Assembly: GCA_037379345.1 (NCBI GenBank)
Contig: CM074513.1
Location: 13,082,001 to 13,146,000, forward strand
DNA from: Perna viridis
Taxonomy: Eukaryota
Reading direction: 5' to 3'
DNA length: 64,000 bases
Shown: piece by piece, positions 1 through 13,100 of the stretch
How positions within the stretch are numbered: position 1 is the first letter of the stretch
Layout: each line of letters opens with the position of its first letter
Notes under the pieces: generated by a model
The model's database searches: none
What the model was told of the DNA's origin: nothing
The model's input: the letters and a program-made list of their open reading frames with translations, nothing else
Program-made: the position numbers and the translations under genes

Positions 1-360
1 TCTTAGAAAATATGCAAGGCTCTAGGTTTAACGGTTTGTCTATATATCGTAATAGGACGACAAAACGCTTTTGGTCGTAAAGTTTTAAAATATGAACATT
101 TCATTTGAATGATGTTTTTCGTCCAATGTCGTGAAAACGGCCGAAATGTAAATTGTGTATGTGATAAAAAAAAAATAAAATAAAAAGACCAAATGATAAT
201 CATTGGAAGAATGTGTCGGAATGCTATACGTCATTCGCATCGCATGCAACCAAAACAGCGTGAACAGTGATTTTGCTACACATTTTGTGAGAATATTTTA
301 ATTTTCGTCATGCAGTCCCATTAAAGTTAAGTTAAGTTTAGAACTTGTGTTAATCAATAT

Positions 361-2072
361 TTAGATGCCGATTAAAAGGCTTTGAGGTGTTTAATTTTGA
401 AACGTATGAAAGTTTTAAGTAGGTCAATGAGTGTCAATGCTACATCTGTTGTCAAAGACCCCGATGAATCCAAAATATTGTCTACTATACAGGACAAAGC
501 CCCAAAAGCCTTGTCTTTGTGCTGCAAAACGCACTACAACCAATGTTTATTATCGGATGTAGAAGTAGAAAATAGTAGCAGTAATAAGACCTACACTGCT
601 ACCACGCTCTCCTACGAAGAAATAGTGGAAAACCATAAATCCGTGCTGTCCTCTTTTGGTCTCTCTACTAAAGACGATGATTGTGATCTACCGTCAATGT
701 ACTGGATTTCTAAACTGCATAAGAATCCATACAAACAACGCCACATATCTGGATCTGCAAAATGTACCACTACACCTCTTTCATCACTTTTAATTTCTAT
801 ACTCACAGCTGCCAAAAAGGGTCTCCAGTTCCACCACAACACGTGTCGCCCATGTAGTGGTACTTATTCAATATGGATCCTCGAAAATTTGAAAGATCTT
901 CTGGAAATCCTCAATTCAGGATTATTATCATAATACAATAACATTAAATCTATGATTTTTCAACCCTTTATATTTCTATTCCTCATACTCAGTTAAAATC
1001 CAGACTCAAAAATGATTATACATCGTTGTTACTCCAGAAAAGACGGAACACCTAGGTACAGATACGTAGTATTTGGTAGAGATTCCTCCCGCTTCGTAAA
1101 AAACGATTCCAAATCTTCTTCTAAATATACGAAGATGTTTTCAAAATGCTGGAATTTTTATTGACTACATATTTGTCCAGTGTGGTGGACGCATTTTTTC
1201 AACAAACGGTCGGCATTCCAATGGAAATAAATTGTGTTCCTCTACTCAATGACCTTTTTCTTCACTTTCATGAGGCTGACTTTGTAGCTAATTTGATCCA
1301 AAGGAAAGGAACATCGTGTAGCCATATCCTTTGATCTCAGTTTCCGCTATATAGATGAGGTATTATCGTTAAACAATCCTAGCTTCGGAGATTTGATACA
1401 TCGCATTTAACCAAAAAAATGAGATAAAGGACACTACAGACACAGTAAAGTCGGTCATATCTTGACCCTACATTTAGAGATCGTTGGAAAAGGAAAACTA
1501 TTGACCAAACTAAATGACCAACGTTATGACTTTTCATTCTGTAGTGTTAACTTTCCTTCATCTGTGGCAACATCCCTTCAGCACTTGCGTATGGCGGTTT
1601 CATATCATAATTCAACCGTTATACCAGGGTTTGCCTAACTACACAAGCTTTTTTGTACCGCGCTAGACTTCTTACAATTAGTCTTCTTGTACAGAGTTAT
1701 GGTGCTGAAGAATTCAATCATCACTCAAAAGTTTTTGTAAGGTCGTCATCATGAATTCGTGGATCGGTATGGTGTACCCATCTGCATCATGAGAACCGAT
1801 TTGTTCAATGTCATAGTTTCGCTTTCCTCTTTCCCTGGTTTGACTTTCATGAGCAACTCGGCGGGTGTTTCTAGAAAAGCAGAGGACGCTACCCTAAAGG
1901 TGCACCTGGTCCATGCTCACAATTTTTAGTGGAGTCGAGTTGCCAATTTACTTTTGTTTCTTTGTAAGTACTATTTTGGTTATCATATTTTTTGCTGTGT
2001 GTGTATGTTTTTCCTGTCTGGTCTTAACCCCTGGATTACGTTCTTTTGATTTCCGCTAGGATCTTGGTTCCC
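361..2072 (+). mobile_element. Decayed Penelope-like retroelement (RT C-terminal, no downstream GIY-YIG; Naiad/Chlamys-type layout), 5' truncated
   Basis: RT motifs lie across several frames: YWISKLHKNPYKQR (ORF 382-933), QTVGIPMEINCVPLLNDLFL (ORF 1146-1334), FRYIDEVLSLNNP (~1342-1380), then a CGNIPSA..YG.FIS thumb. Many frameshifts and stops. The 3' UTR (1810-2072) is shared with 8 other copies in the window. Confidence 0.85.
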
Positions 2073-2553
2073 GGTATGATTAATCTTTCATTCTGGTGGC
2101 CTTATATGGACATTCATTATCTCATATATACATAAAGCGGGCGTCAGTTGACAGTCAGTCTCGGCATATGACAGATGATGATGTTGGTGATGATGATGGC
2201 GATGATGGCAACTCATTCAGTGAGGAAAGCAGGGATCGAGAAACGTTAACTTTATATGTGTTGCAATAAATAAATGGTATTAAAACAGAAGAGCTAGAAT
2301 ATTACATGCAAAGAATATCTTCATAAATAAGGGGTGTCTTTTTTTAAACAAGAGGGGTATATATATATTTTTTTTCTGTGTTCATTGGTCAGAGCACAGG
2401 GGCTTGCTCCCACTATCAAATATAGACAAACTAATAAACTAGATTCTGACTGCATATTTCATAGTGAGAGAAAGCCCCTGTGGTCAGAGGCCCTGTCGGT
2501 AAGAAATGATCTACACTCATTGTATCATATTCATATAAATATATACGAATTGC

Positions 2554-2923
2554 GTTGCTACAAGATTTCAGTCATCACTACAGAAGTTTTATGGTCCTCA
2601 TCGTGAACTCGTACACCGTTACGGTGTATCCATCTGCACCATGAAAACTGATTTGTTCAACGTGTGATAGGTTTACTTTCCTCTTTTAGTCTACCCTACC
2701 GTTACATCTAGTCCATCGTCGGCTCCCAGTTTTTAGTGGAGCCCGAGTTGCTCATTTACTTTTGTTACTTTAAATGCAATATTTTTTGTTAATTTTTTAT
2801 TCATTATTGTTTGTGTCTGTTTTCCATGTCTGGTATTTGTCCCTGGATTACATTCGTTTGATTTCCGTATAGAGAATATATAAATCCTCGATTTCTGCTA
2901 GAATCATGGTCCCCTTCATTGCT
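2554..2923 (+). mobile_element. 5'-truncated copy 2 of the Penelope-like element, with an internal deletion
   Basis: Aligns to 59000-59396 (SSLQKFYG...TMKTDL plus 3' UTR). Lacks the 62 bp between two TACCC motifs. Confidence 0.85.
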
Positions 2924-3109
2924 CATTCACAGTATGTTATTTGCCATTTACACAAACATGTATTACTAATTATAAACGCGAAAATATTTCTTTTTATGTT
3001 TTTGAATCAATATCAGTGACAAAGAAAACGTTTCTCTTTGTCATTGTAAATGAATAGAATAAATGAACATGCTCGCACTTGCTATTGGGTTATGTCCCCT
3101 TCTGCTAAT

Positions 3110-3382
3110 CACATTTCCGTAATTTTCCGGAGGATTAACCGGAAGTTGAAGGGAATTCCGTTCATTTCCAGCTTCAACCTGTTTGGATTAACATGAAATT
3201 AAAAAAATCCTGTACATAGTGAGTGTCTTTTACCGTTACTTCAATTATATGGAATTTGTAGTCTCGTCTGCTTTATAATCGTTGGGGAATCCCTTCATGA
3301 CGTATTCACGGAAATTTTATATATGGCGGCGCGAATTCTATTCGAGTCACGTGATCAAATGATATTGTGAGACCATTTCCAG
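3110..3382 (+). promoter_or_regulatory. Housekeeping-type promoter and probable non-coding exon 1 of UBAP2L
   Basis: Locally CpG-rich. ETS ACCGGAAGT 3138-3146, YY1 ATGGCGGC 3323-3330, E-box GTCACGTGAT 3346-3355, donor CCAG|GTAAAA after 3382. The next acceptor tttcag at 4097 precedes ATG 4139. Confidence 0.6.
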
Positions 3383-4138
3383 GTAAAATCGGGTTCCCTG
3401 GTAAAATTTTGTTATTGATTGACTTTTTCCTTTATTTGAATCTTTTACTTTCTCATGAACTATGTGTTTGCATAATGTGTCCATGTGAAAACATGTTTTT
3501 GTCGAAATTTCCATTGTCTAATTTATTTTGCGTGTGTGAATGACGAAAGAAATCCAGCATGGCGTCACATGGTTTCCTCTTTGGTTACTAATCAAATCTT
3601 TTCAGGGTATAGAATTAAATATCACAAGTACCGTTTATTAGATTCGTTTATTTCAATTTTATATGAATTGGCTGCCTTATTCTTCCATTTTTTAACCCTT
3701 TTTGTTGTCACGAGAATAAAATACTTCCCGTTTCTGATGTCAACATTTGACACTCGGACCAGACGATAATCTTATTTTCTCTCAGAAAATTCCCTATTCA
3801 TCGAAAATGTTTTGCAATCCTTTTCCCATAGTACTATTATGTAAAACAGTTTTATCAAAGGAAGTGTCTTCGGCTACCCATGTTTTTTAGTTGGACTGTA
3901 GTGTGCTGTTCTTGTACAACTTTTATCATGAAGATGCTGACACAGGAATTAACTTGTACAAATGAAATGCAAACCCATTTAATGATGCACATGAAATAAC
4001 CCTTATTTGTAGCTGTCACACTTGCAAATGTTTATAATTTCCGAGAAATGATTACGGATTAGACTGCCATTGATAATTTGCTTTGCTTTCATTTCAGTAT
4101 CTGATTTGTATATAGTGTTGTGTAAATAAGTGTACAGG

Positions 4139-7100
4139 ATGAGTGCTGCGGTGTCTTCATCGCGGGGGAACACGCGATCTTCGAAGGAGAAACATGGTAA
4201 ATCCACCCCACAAACACAAACGAAAGCTGAGGGCCCTCCTCAGAAAATTCAGGTAAGGAAGTCACAATGTATATGTTTACCACCCTTGAACCATTAATAA
4301 TTAATTATAGTGTTGATGGTATGACTATTGAAACTTTCATTACCATGCAAGACAATAAATTATTATTATAATTCATGGGTGATGGAAGGGCATTCCCTTT
4401 AATTTTCCCATTTTTGTTTCAGAGTTATGGAACTCCAAAATTTGAGAAAGAGTTTTAAAGTGTAAAAACTAAAGTTTAAAAGTTCATGCTCCTCAATTTT
4501 GTAAAAAGAAAGTACTGGTAGTGGTAGGCAAATTAGTAAGAAAAAATGTCTGAATGGGGAGTCGAGTCCTTGGTTGGGCTTATTAAAATGATGCTTTGAC
4601 CATCCTTTCTGTAAGACCGACTGTATGTTCATTTAAGGTTCCAAAACCATGGATTTGAGTTAACATTTTACTTATTTTCACAGGCGACTCCCGAACAGAT
4701 TAGGCTTGCACAGCTGACAAATGATACCAACTCATTAGATGAGACAGCATTTAAACAAAAAGTTAAACAGGTACATGTTTACATACTTGTAATACCATTA
4801 TATAACCTGTAGCTCTATGTCTTTATCTACTAACTTTTAAAAATTATGAGGGCTAGTTATTGCAGTCATCACAAATTCATACATATTCAGAAATTAGTGG
4901 ACATTTGGTCCCCCAAATATTTGACTGAAGCAGCCTTTACTGGGTCAAAAAATTTTGCTGTAATTTCAGTTCCAACATGGTTTTAGATGTTAGAAAGAGT
5001 AAGGGTTTGTTCACTGATTTGGTTCCAGATCAGTGTCAGACTTCTGCTGGAAAATGAGTTTATTTCAGTCAGAGACTTCCTGTAGTCAAATATAGCTAAA
5101 GATTGATTTAAAATACTTGTATGTATAAGTAAGCACAAATTGCAGTGTTCAGTCTTTTAAACAAAAGAGCTTTTGAGACAGATTGAATGAACAGTACATG
5201 ATGCAGATAACTCTTGTACAAATTCAATCATAGCCTTAAGGAATCCTTTACAATTTACAATGTAGGCATACTATTGACATCAAGATGTTTTTAGACTAAT
5301 TAAACAATACCTAAATGCTCTTGACTTAGATACTTGAATGATTAAAGTAAATCTCTTAATGAGGATAATGCTAGGTCTGCTTAAAATAGAAAAATCGGTA
5401 AAAACTGAAGAGTCAGCAGTGGGATTATTTAAATACATCAAAATCCAAAAACATGGCCTAAATGTGAACACACAAAACGGGCAATCTACAGATATTACAG
5501 ATTTTTTTTTTTTGTGACGAGTGTAAGGTCAAGTCCAAATTTTGCTTTTGTTTATCTTAAATTGCAGTCATTTTTGGCAGAATTTCATAGTGAAAATCAG
5601 GTTATAGTATGGTGAATGTTAGGAGGGTAGGCAGAAATTATTTTTGTAACACTTTTCCTGGCAACTACTAATATCCCTTGGTATTTGGTATACAGCATCA
5701 GGTACGGGTCCCATATTGTTGAATCTGATTTCAAGCCTGTCTGTTATCTACTTTTTGTTCAATGAAATTCTGCCATTTCTGTCTTTGACCCATTATTGTA
5801 ACGAAAGTTCAGGCTTTGTTATTCACAATTCTAATTATAACACTGGAAAGTCTAGTTTGCTGTCAGTTTGACTGCTAGTTGATATCACTTGATGGTTTTA
5901 TACTTAGTTATTACTAATGTAGTACTGGGGATTTAAGACGTAACTGGTCATATGAACACATTTAGTGGACAGGAAAGTGCTAGAGCCAAAAAAAATGTTA
6001 TGCTTCCGGTCACCCTACCAACCATCCTTCGGAGACCCTACCCAAAAGGTTTTACTTACAATCTTGAATAAAAGCCTGCCTACTGTCTTGAAGGGAAAAA
6101 AAGAAAATAAAGGTTAGGTTTTTGTTCTTTATTTTTTTTTCCATTCTAGATGGGAAAACGAAGACATACTGCTGTTTGTATTTAGAATTGATTTTAAAAA
6201 CACGTGTGCTCTTGGTCATGGACTTGCATGTAGTCTATTACATGTTTAATCTTTGCAGATTGGTTTTTATTGTATTCTGAGTTGGGTGTCTCACTTATTT
6301 ATTGTATTATGAATTGGCTGTCTCACTTATTTCAAAATTTAAAATAATAAAAATAAAAGTTTTTAAAAACCCTTTATATCAACCCTGCAAAATTTTAGAG
6401 GGGTGATCGTAAACAAATCATTTTTTTCTGGCCTTGTCATTTTTGTATTTATCATGAGTTTTATTTGTTTATTTTAAATCTAGGTGATGGATATCACTGG
6501 TATAACAGAAGAATTAGAAGTAGCTATAGCTTTACAGGACTGTAGTAATGACACAGAGAAAGCAATTAACATGTTGATAGAAGGCAATATGATGCAGGTA
6601 AATAGCAAAAATTTTTTTATTTTAGTCAACACTGTGTATAAATGTACATGTAGTTGAAATAGTGTGGTTTGCAGGATTTTTGAAAACTTCATGGATTAAA
6701 TTAGGAGAATTTGTATTAATCTAGTTCATTTTGGACCTCACTCAATAATTTGTTGCATGTTAAAAAGCAGTGAACCAATGCTGAAAGCAGGAATCAAATG
6801 CCAAATGTGTGCTCTTTACATGCATAATATAAGGTAAGATTGTTAAGTTATCATCTTTAAAATCAAGTGATATTATCATTTTTGTTTAATATTTTAGGGT
6901 GAATGGAAAGAAACAGGAAAAAAAAAGAAGAAGGCTCCTCCGCCAACAAAATCAGAGCCATCTACAAATCATGTTGATGAAAAGACAGAGGAACCAGAAC
7001 AAACACCAGAGAGAGAAAAGATTCCAGACAAAGACCGGTCAGAAAATATTTCAAGGAGAGGAAGGCGGTATGACAACAGATATGATTCCAGACCACCACG

Positions 7101-10100
7101 TTTAGCTGCCCGAGGAAGGGGAAGAGATAGACCAAATAGAGACAATAATATAAATAATGACAATGATGCTGGAGAATTTGGTGGAACCTTTGGACAGGAA
7201 AGAGGCTTTGATGGTCGTGGGCGTGGTAGAGGAAGAGGAGGAAGGGGTAAGGATATCAATCTTATTTAAATTTGAATATTCTATTACTCTTCACTCGATA
7301 CAAGATCTAACATTCCTCATTTATAATAAGCTTTCAAAAGATTTCCATACATTCCAGTGTTGTTAGGTGTCATGATATGTATGATTTAGAAGTGAAAGTT
7401 CTGTCCGTTTCAAACTTCATGCAAGGATGTAATCGAAGATCTTATTTTGATGGGGTAGTTTGGATATGAAATTTCAAAACATTTTTAATTTAGCAGTGTG
7501 AGAAACCATTTTTTTTCCCAACTTGCCATTCTGGCTAGTGGAATATTGATCTTGCTAGCCAAATATGAATTCAACTAGCCACATTTTTGGTTTTTTTTTC
7601 TGTACTATCATCTCTTTTCTCTTGGATTTGACTGTCTTCTGCCTTTCTTTTTCTTTCTTCAACTATCTTTTCATTTGTTTTAAATTTATCAAAAACTTTT
7701 CCACTTTCGAATATTCGCTCCCATTTAAGTTTTTCATGTTCTTTACAGTAACAAAATAAGTACTCCATTTCTGAACTCGTATTTTAATTATATTTCAACA
7801 GATTCATCATTATGAAACAAGAAAATCAATTGCTTCTTGTTCATTTTTATTTTGACAATAAACAACTAATTTGCAAGGTAAAAAATCTTAAATTACCAAG
7901 ATAATTTAGTTTGAATACTAATACGAGATCAGGACTGTCACCTAGGTTTTGGCACATCCCACTTACCGGAAATTCAAATGGCAGTTCATGAACAATGCTT
8001 TACAAGTGAATAAAATTGTGCATATCATGCCAAAATTCATTTGACATATTCAAGCTAAACTTCTGAAAATGTCGGGAACATTTTTTAATGAATGATGTTA
8101 TTAGGGATGTTTTACTAAATAGCCTGTTGGCTGGTTCATTTTCCTTGGAACTTGCCAATCAAATGACAGTCACCTAATTGACGAGTGTAAGCAAATGAGA
8201 ACTCGCCAAAATACACATCTACTCGTATTTGGCGAGCTGGCGAGCAGTGGTTCCTCACACTGTATAGTCAAATATTTGACAGTCAGTAGGGCAAGTGTCT
8301 TTCTTGTGTTAGTGTATAGCTAATTTGTGTGGCTTACCATGCTAAAAGAATTATGAAAAATTCCAATTCAAATATATTTAAAGTTAAAAAGCAAAAAAAA
8401 AATATCTGTTCATCTCTTTGTTTTGCAGAAATGTGGTTTATGCAAATTGATTTTATTTAATGAGTGTAGTGTATCCTTTGTATATTCATAGATTGGGTAA
8501 CAATTTGAGGTCATCCCTTGATTCCTATTATACAAAAACACAAAATGAAATAACTTAGTTTTGGATTGTTATTGCATTTTCTTATTGAAAACATGACCTG
8601 CTTTGCTTATAATTATTGATGATCTCATTTTTTTGTTACATTCAAACACTGCTATAACGTGTCTAAAACAAATCTCAGTCACAAAATTTTTATAATTATG
8701 TAATGTGCTGTGTCAGTATTGTATATTGTGGTAATACCTTTTATTCATAGGAGGATCAAGGCGTGGAAGAGGAAGGTAAGTTGTTACTTAAGTATTGCCA
8801 CATTTAACAGTTTATAAATTTTTACTGCTTCATCTCATCTAGTGTGCCGTGTTTATTGTCCATAATTTATCACAGAATATAGGCTGTTTCCTATAGAAAA
8901 TTTAAACAAAATCTAATTTTCCATAAATTACAGTAAACTCAGGACTTATTAGAGGTGCATTTTTAAATTTTTTCTTGAATTTAAGGCATTCAAATAGTTC
9001 CTTGTACTGTTCAGACAAGGAAGTTTTGATTGTCAGATTTTTAATTTGTAAGTTAATGGTGACATTGGAATACAATGAAGATCTGGCAGCAGGATTATAT
9101 CAGAAATTGTTACACTTATATTTGTTGTGATTCTGATAGGTGAAACCTTGAAATGGTTAATTTGATTCCATGACTGTAACTTACTCATGGTATTAATAAG
9201 ATATAAATTTGCTGAGATAAAAGAGATAAGGACAAAGAAAATATGCATACAAATTTGAATGTGGTTGTCTTGAGGAATTTATCTGTTTAACTTAAAAGGA
9301 ATTATTTAAAGTTTGATCTGTATGAATAAAGTAATGCCATGTAAGTAAACTGCTGTCCGTTACAAATGGTATTATGAAGTTTAAGAAAAAGAGAATGTTT
9401 TACTAGCAAGCATTGTACATGTAAATGTTTCCTTTTGGCAACCCAAATTTTGTTGCATCTGAGATGGTCTGTTGTTTGTTCAGGAGTTTCAATTCACAAT
9501 CCAGCAGAGATCGACAGCCACAAAAGTTTGAAAAGGGACCACAGATTGATACATGGACCAATGAAACAGCAGAAAATGCGGAGAAGGAGAACAATACAGG
9601 TTTATATGATTTGTATATATAAAGCAGAAAATTCTCTGAAGGAGGTAGACCTAGGGTAAGGGACATAACTCTTGAAATCAGTGATATGTTTTTATCATAT
9701 TCAATTTCACCAAACCTCTCAAGCTTTTGTTTGAAGCAGAATAAAATCAATCCAAGTTAATTAGATGCTTACATAAGATGCATATAAAATGCTGTATACA
9801 AACGTTTCAATGATTTTTAAGAGTTGTGTCCACTACCCTAGGTCTACTTCCTTAATCAGTGTACATTTTGTATGCATTTAATTTTTATTTTATTCTTGTT
9901 TAAAAAGGATCAAGATGCTGAAATAGAAAAATTTAAAAAGGATGGCTTCTAGACCTGTGGACAAGTAGAATTAAGCTTACTTGTGTACTCGAATTCACCT
10001 CAGCCTGTTTTAAATTTGTTTAAATTATCTTTTAAATTACTCATAAGTTCCTTTACAAAAAATGCCATTTTATTCATGTCGTTCTGTACTACAACTCTCA

Positions 10101-13100
10101 TACAATTATTTCTTGTTCTTACCTCCGAGATCAAAATATTTCCATATTTATTTTTTTCTATGAGAATTTTGAATGTACTGTTTATCCGCCATCTTGTTTC
10201 TATGGATATTTTTAGATGTTCCCTATTATCTCACAATTGAAGAGCTGAAATACCATGATTTCCCGCCATATTTCTGCTCTTAACCTTTAGTGGAAGAAAA
10301 AACCTTAAGTTTCGAATGAAAATGTTACAACTGGTACCCAATATGAGACTTACTACATGTAGTATTGAATTGGCCGGGAACCAGAAATATGACGGGAAAT
10401 CATGGTATTTCAGCTCTTCAATTGTGAGATAGTAGAGAACATCTCGAAATATCCATAAAAACAAGATAGCAGATAAGCAATGCGTTCAGTGCAAACTTCT
10501 CATAGAAAAAATAAATATGGAAATATTTTGATCTCGGAGGTAAGAACGAGAAATAACTGTATGAGAGTTGTAGTACAGAATGACATAAATAAAATGGCAA
10601 GTTTCTTATGGGATGGGAACTTTTGAGTAATAAAAAAATTAATCTAAAAAAACTGCAAACAGGCTGAGGTGAATTCGAGTATAGTGGTAGAGGCAAGATT
10701 TGATTCCTGGCCAAGTCAAATTAAAGATTTGGTTAGCATGTTCAATATCATATGAAAAAGTGGCAGTCTTGCACAAATTTTAGTACACTTAATTGATGAA
10801 ATGGTCTACTTAAGAAAGCATGGAATATCAGCTGAAAAATGTTCACCCTACAAGAAATCATATTCAACTAGGAATTTGAACAATTTAAAAAATTTGTGGG
10901 GAAAACATGTAAAAAGTACTTCCCATTGGTGTTGAAAAATTCACAAATACTTTTATATTAAAATATTTAAAGAAATGATGCAGTCAACAGGTTTTTTTTT
11001 TCTTTGCTATGTATGGTATTCATCACCCAAAATATGAAAGCATGCTCATTTTTCTTTTTTGTTTTGTAGGTCCATGGGGAGATGGTATAGAAGATTGGAA
11101 TGATGACACATGGCAAGGAAATGTAAGTATTCACCCGCTTTGCAGCATTTGTTACTATTGAAAGGATGTGCTTAATTAGCTTTTGAGACTGCAAAGACCT
11201 ACATCTCTAAGTTTGTTCATTTGTTGGTTGTATGTTAAAGAGCTCTCTGTGAATTCATAAATCTTGATTAGTAAATACTACCTATCAGTTAACTGTTAAT
11301 TTTGCACTCTGCTGTAATGCTTAATGATGATAGTTATGTTGGATGGAATACTTTTTTTTAAGAATTATTGGAATGTGCACTCACATCATGGACAGGTCTG
11401 ATTTGAGTAAGATTAATGGGAACACTCCTTGCAGTAAGGTGGAATATTCATGTGTTATTTCAGATTTTCTTAACTATGTGCTGTAAATTCAGAAATTTTG
11501 TGTGCATTTATTTTTTGCGATTCAAGTCAAAAGGTTAAAATGTGTAGTTTTTTATTTTTGTGAATCACCACTTGAAAGGTAAAAATCTGGAAAACATCTA
11601 ATCAAGTCAGTCCCTTATTGCCATACATTTTCTTCACCTTTAAGGGGGATCAATCTGTATTAAATGTATTAGTGATAAAATTTAATTTCAGTTGATAGAA
11701 GTCTACAAAATAAGGAAGACAATATCACATACTGTCTGTGTAGATGAGTTGCATGATTGGGTGTGTTGGAAGGTCAATCATACTACTTATAATAATATAA
11801 AATCCATATATAAAGTTGTTGTTGGTTTCATGCTTTCTAGTTTTTGATGAACGCAAGCTTATTTGGAACGTTATATCTCAAGTTTAAAATCATTGGCTTG
11901 CTGAATATTGTCTAGTTGAAAGAAATTGCTTAAGGTGCTTTTGAAAGACACTTAAGAAACAAAGTACACAAAATTACTTTAATTGAAGAATATTGTTAGA
12001 GAAACTGACTGTATATCCTGATTGACAAGTTTGATTGCTGGCCATTGCATTTTTCATATTAATAAAAAAAACAATACATTAATTTCTTAATTCATTGTAT
12101 ATTCTGTTAGAAGGCACCTATCAAAATGATTTTTTTAATATATTTTTTCTTGAAATCCACTTGTGATAAACTCCATTTCTAAGTGATTCACATTTCAACC
12201 TTTTGCTTTGGAAAAAAAAGGGATTTTTGCACTTACTTGTATATAATGTATAAAGGCGGACTTGAAAAACATTTACTCACTGAAATATTTGTCAAATGAT
12301 AAAGTAGTAGCAGTTGGAAATTTCATGTTCTTTCTGTAGTATTTGCTGACACTTAAAACGTGTGCATGTACTAAATCTTTGGAATGGTCCCTGTATGCAT
12401 TTATCTCCTAAAATTCTTTAAAAGTCACAAATTTTACTGGAAAACTTTGACATTTTGACGTAAACTATCTGCTCGGGAGGCAAGATACTTTAAACTTGTA
12501 ATGATCTTATTTCCATATGCTATTTAAATGTTAATTTGTAAATGTCATTTTGTGAAAAGTTTAATACTCAATATTTTTGTCATATTCACAATTTCAGAAT
12601 CAGAAGTCTAAGGTAGGACAAATACTGCACTTCATATATGTCTGGTGTCAGAAATGGGATACAGGTCTACTGTAGAATATTTAGAATAATTTATTGTCAA
12701 TTTTTTTCTACTGAATCAGCATTCCTTAAAAAAAGAGTTCTTGCCTCCCACCATTATAGGAATTTTATCTTTTGAAATGAGGTTATGATGTTCTGAATTT
12801 AGGGGCTGTTCCATTGAAAAGTTTTTAACTTACTTGAGGATGTAGGCTGAATAAGTTTCTTTGTTCAGGTAGCTGGCATTTTATCCAAAAAAAAAACATT
12901 GAAGAACATCTGTTGGCGGTAACCTTTTTTCACAGTCTCTTCTAAAATACGGAGTCCTAGGATGAAAAAAATGCTTGTTTGTGAAAATCTGCTACAATTA
13001 TATTTGCATGTTAAAAGGTTTCGATGAGCAATGCATGATTTTATGTTGTGTCAATTATTAATTCTACATGTACTTAAATGCAACCATTACAGATAACTTT

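Noticed and set aside
1849-1945. SECIS element or hammerhead ribozyme in the Penelope-like 3' UTR (ATGA...AAAA)
   Set aside because: In the family consensus ATGAG pairs Watson-Crick with CTCAT, so there is no UGA/GA quartet. No CTGANGA...GAAA core is present.
2173-2210. (GAT)n tract that could encode an acidic peptide
   Set aside because: No supporting ORF or splice context; a simple degenerate microsatellite.
11319-11407. C/D-box snoRNA candidate in a UBAP2L intron (ATGATGA 11324-30, CTGA 11398-401, weak terminal stem)
   Set aside because: The stem spacing is non-canonical, the interior has a T8 run, no C'/D' boxes are evident, and I could not match a guide to rRNA or snRNA. snoscan or small-RNA data would be needed.
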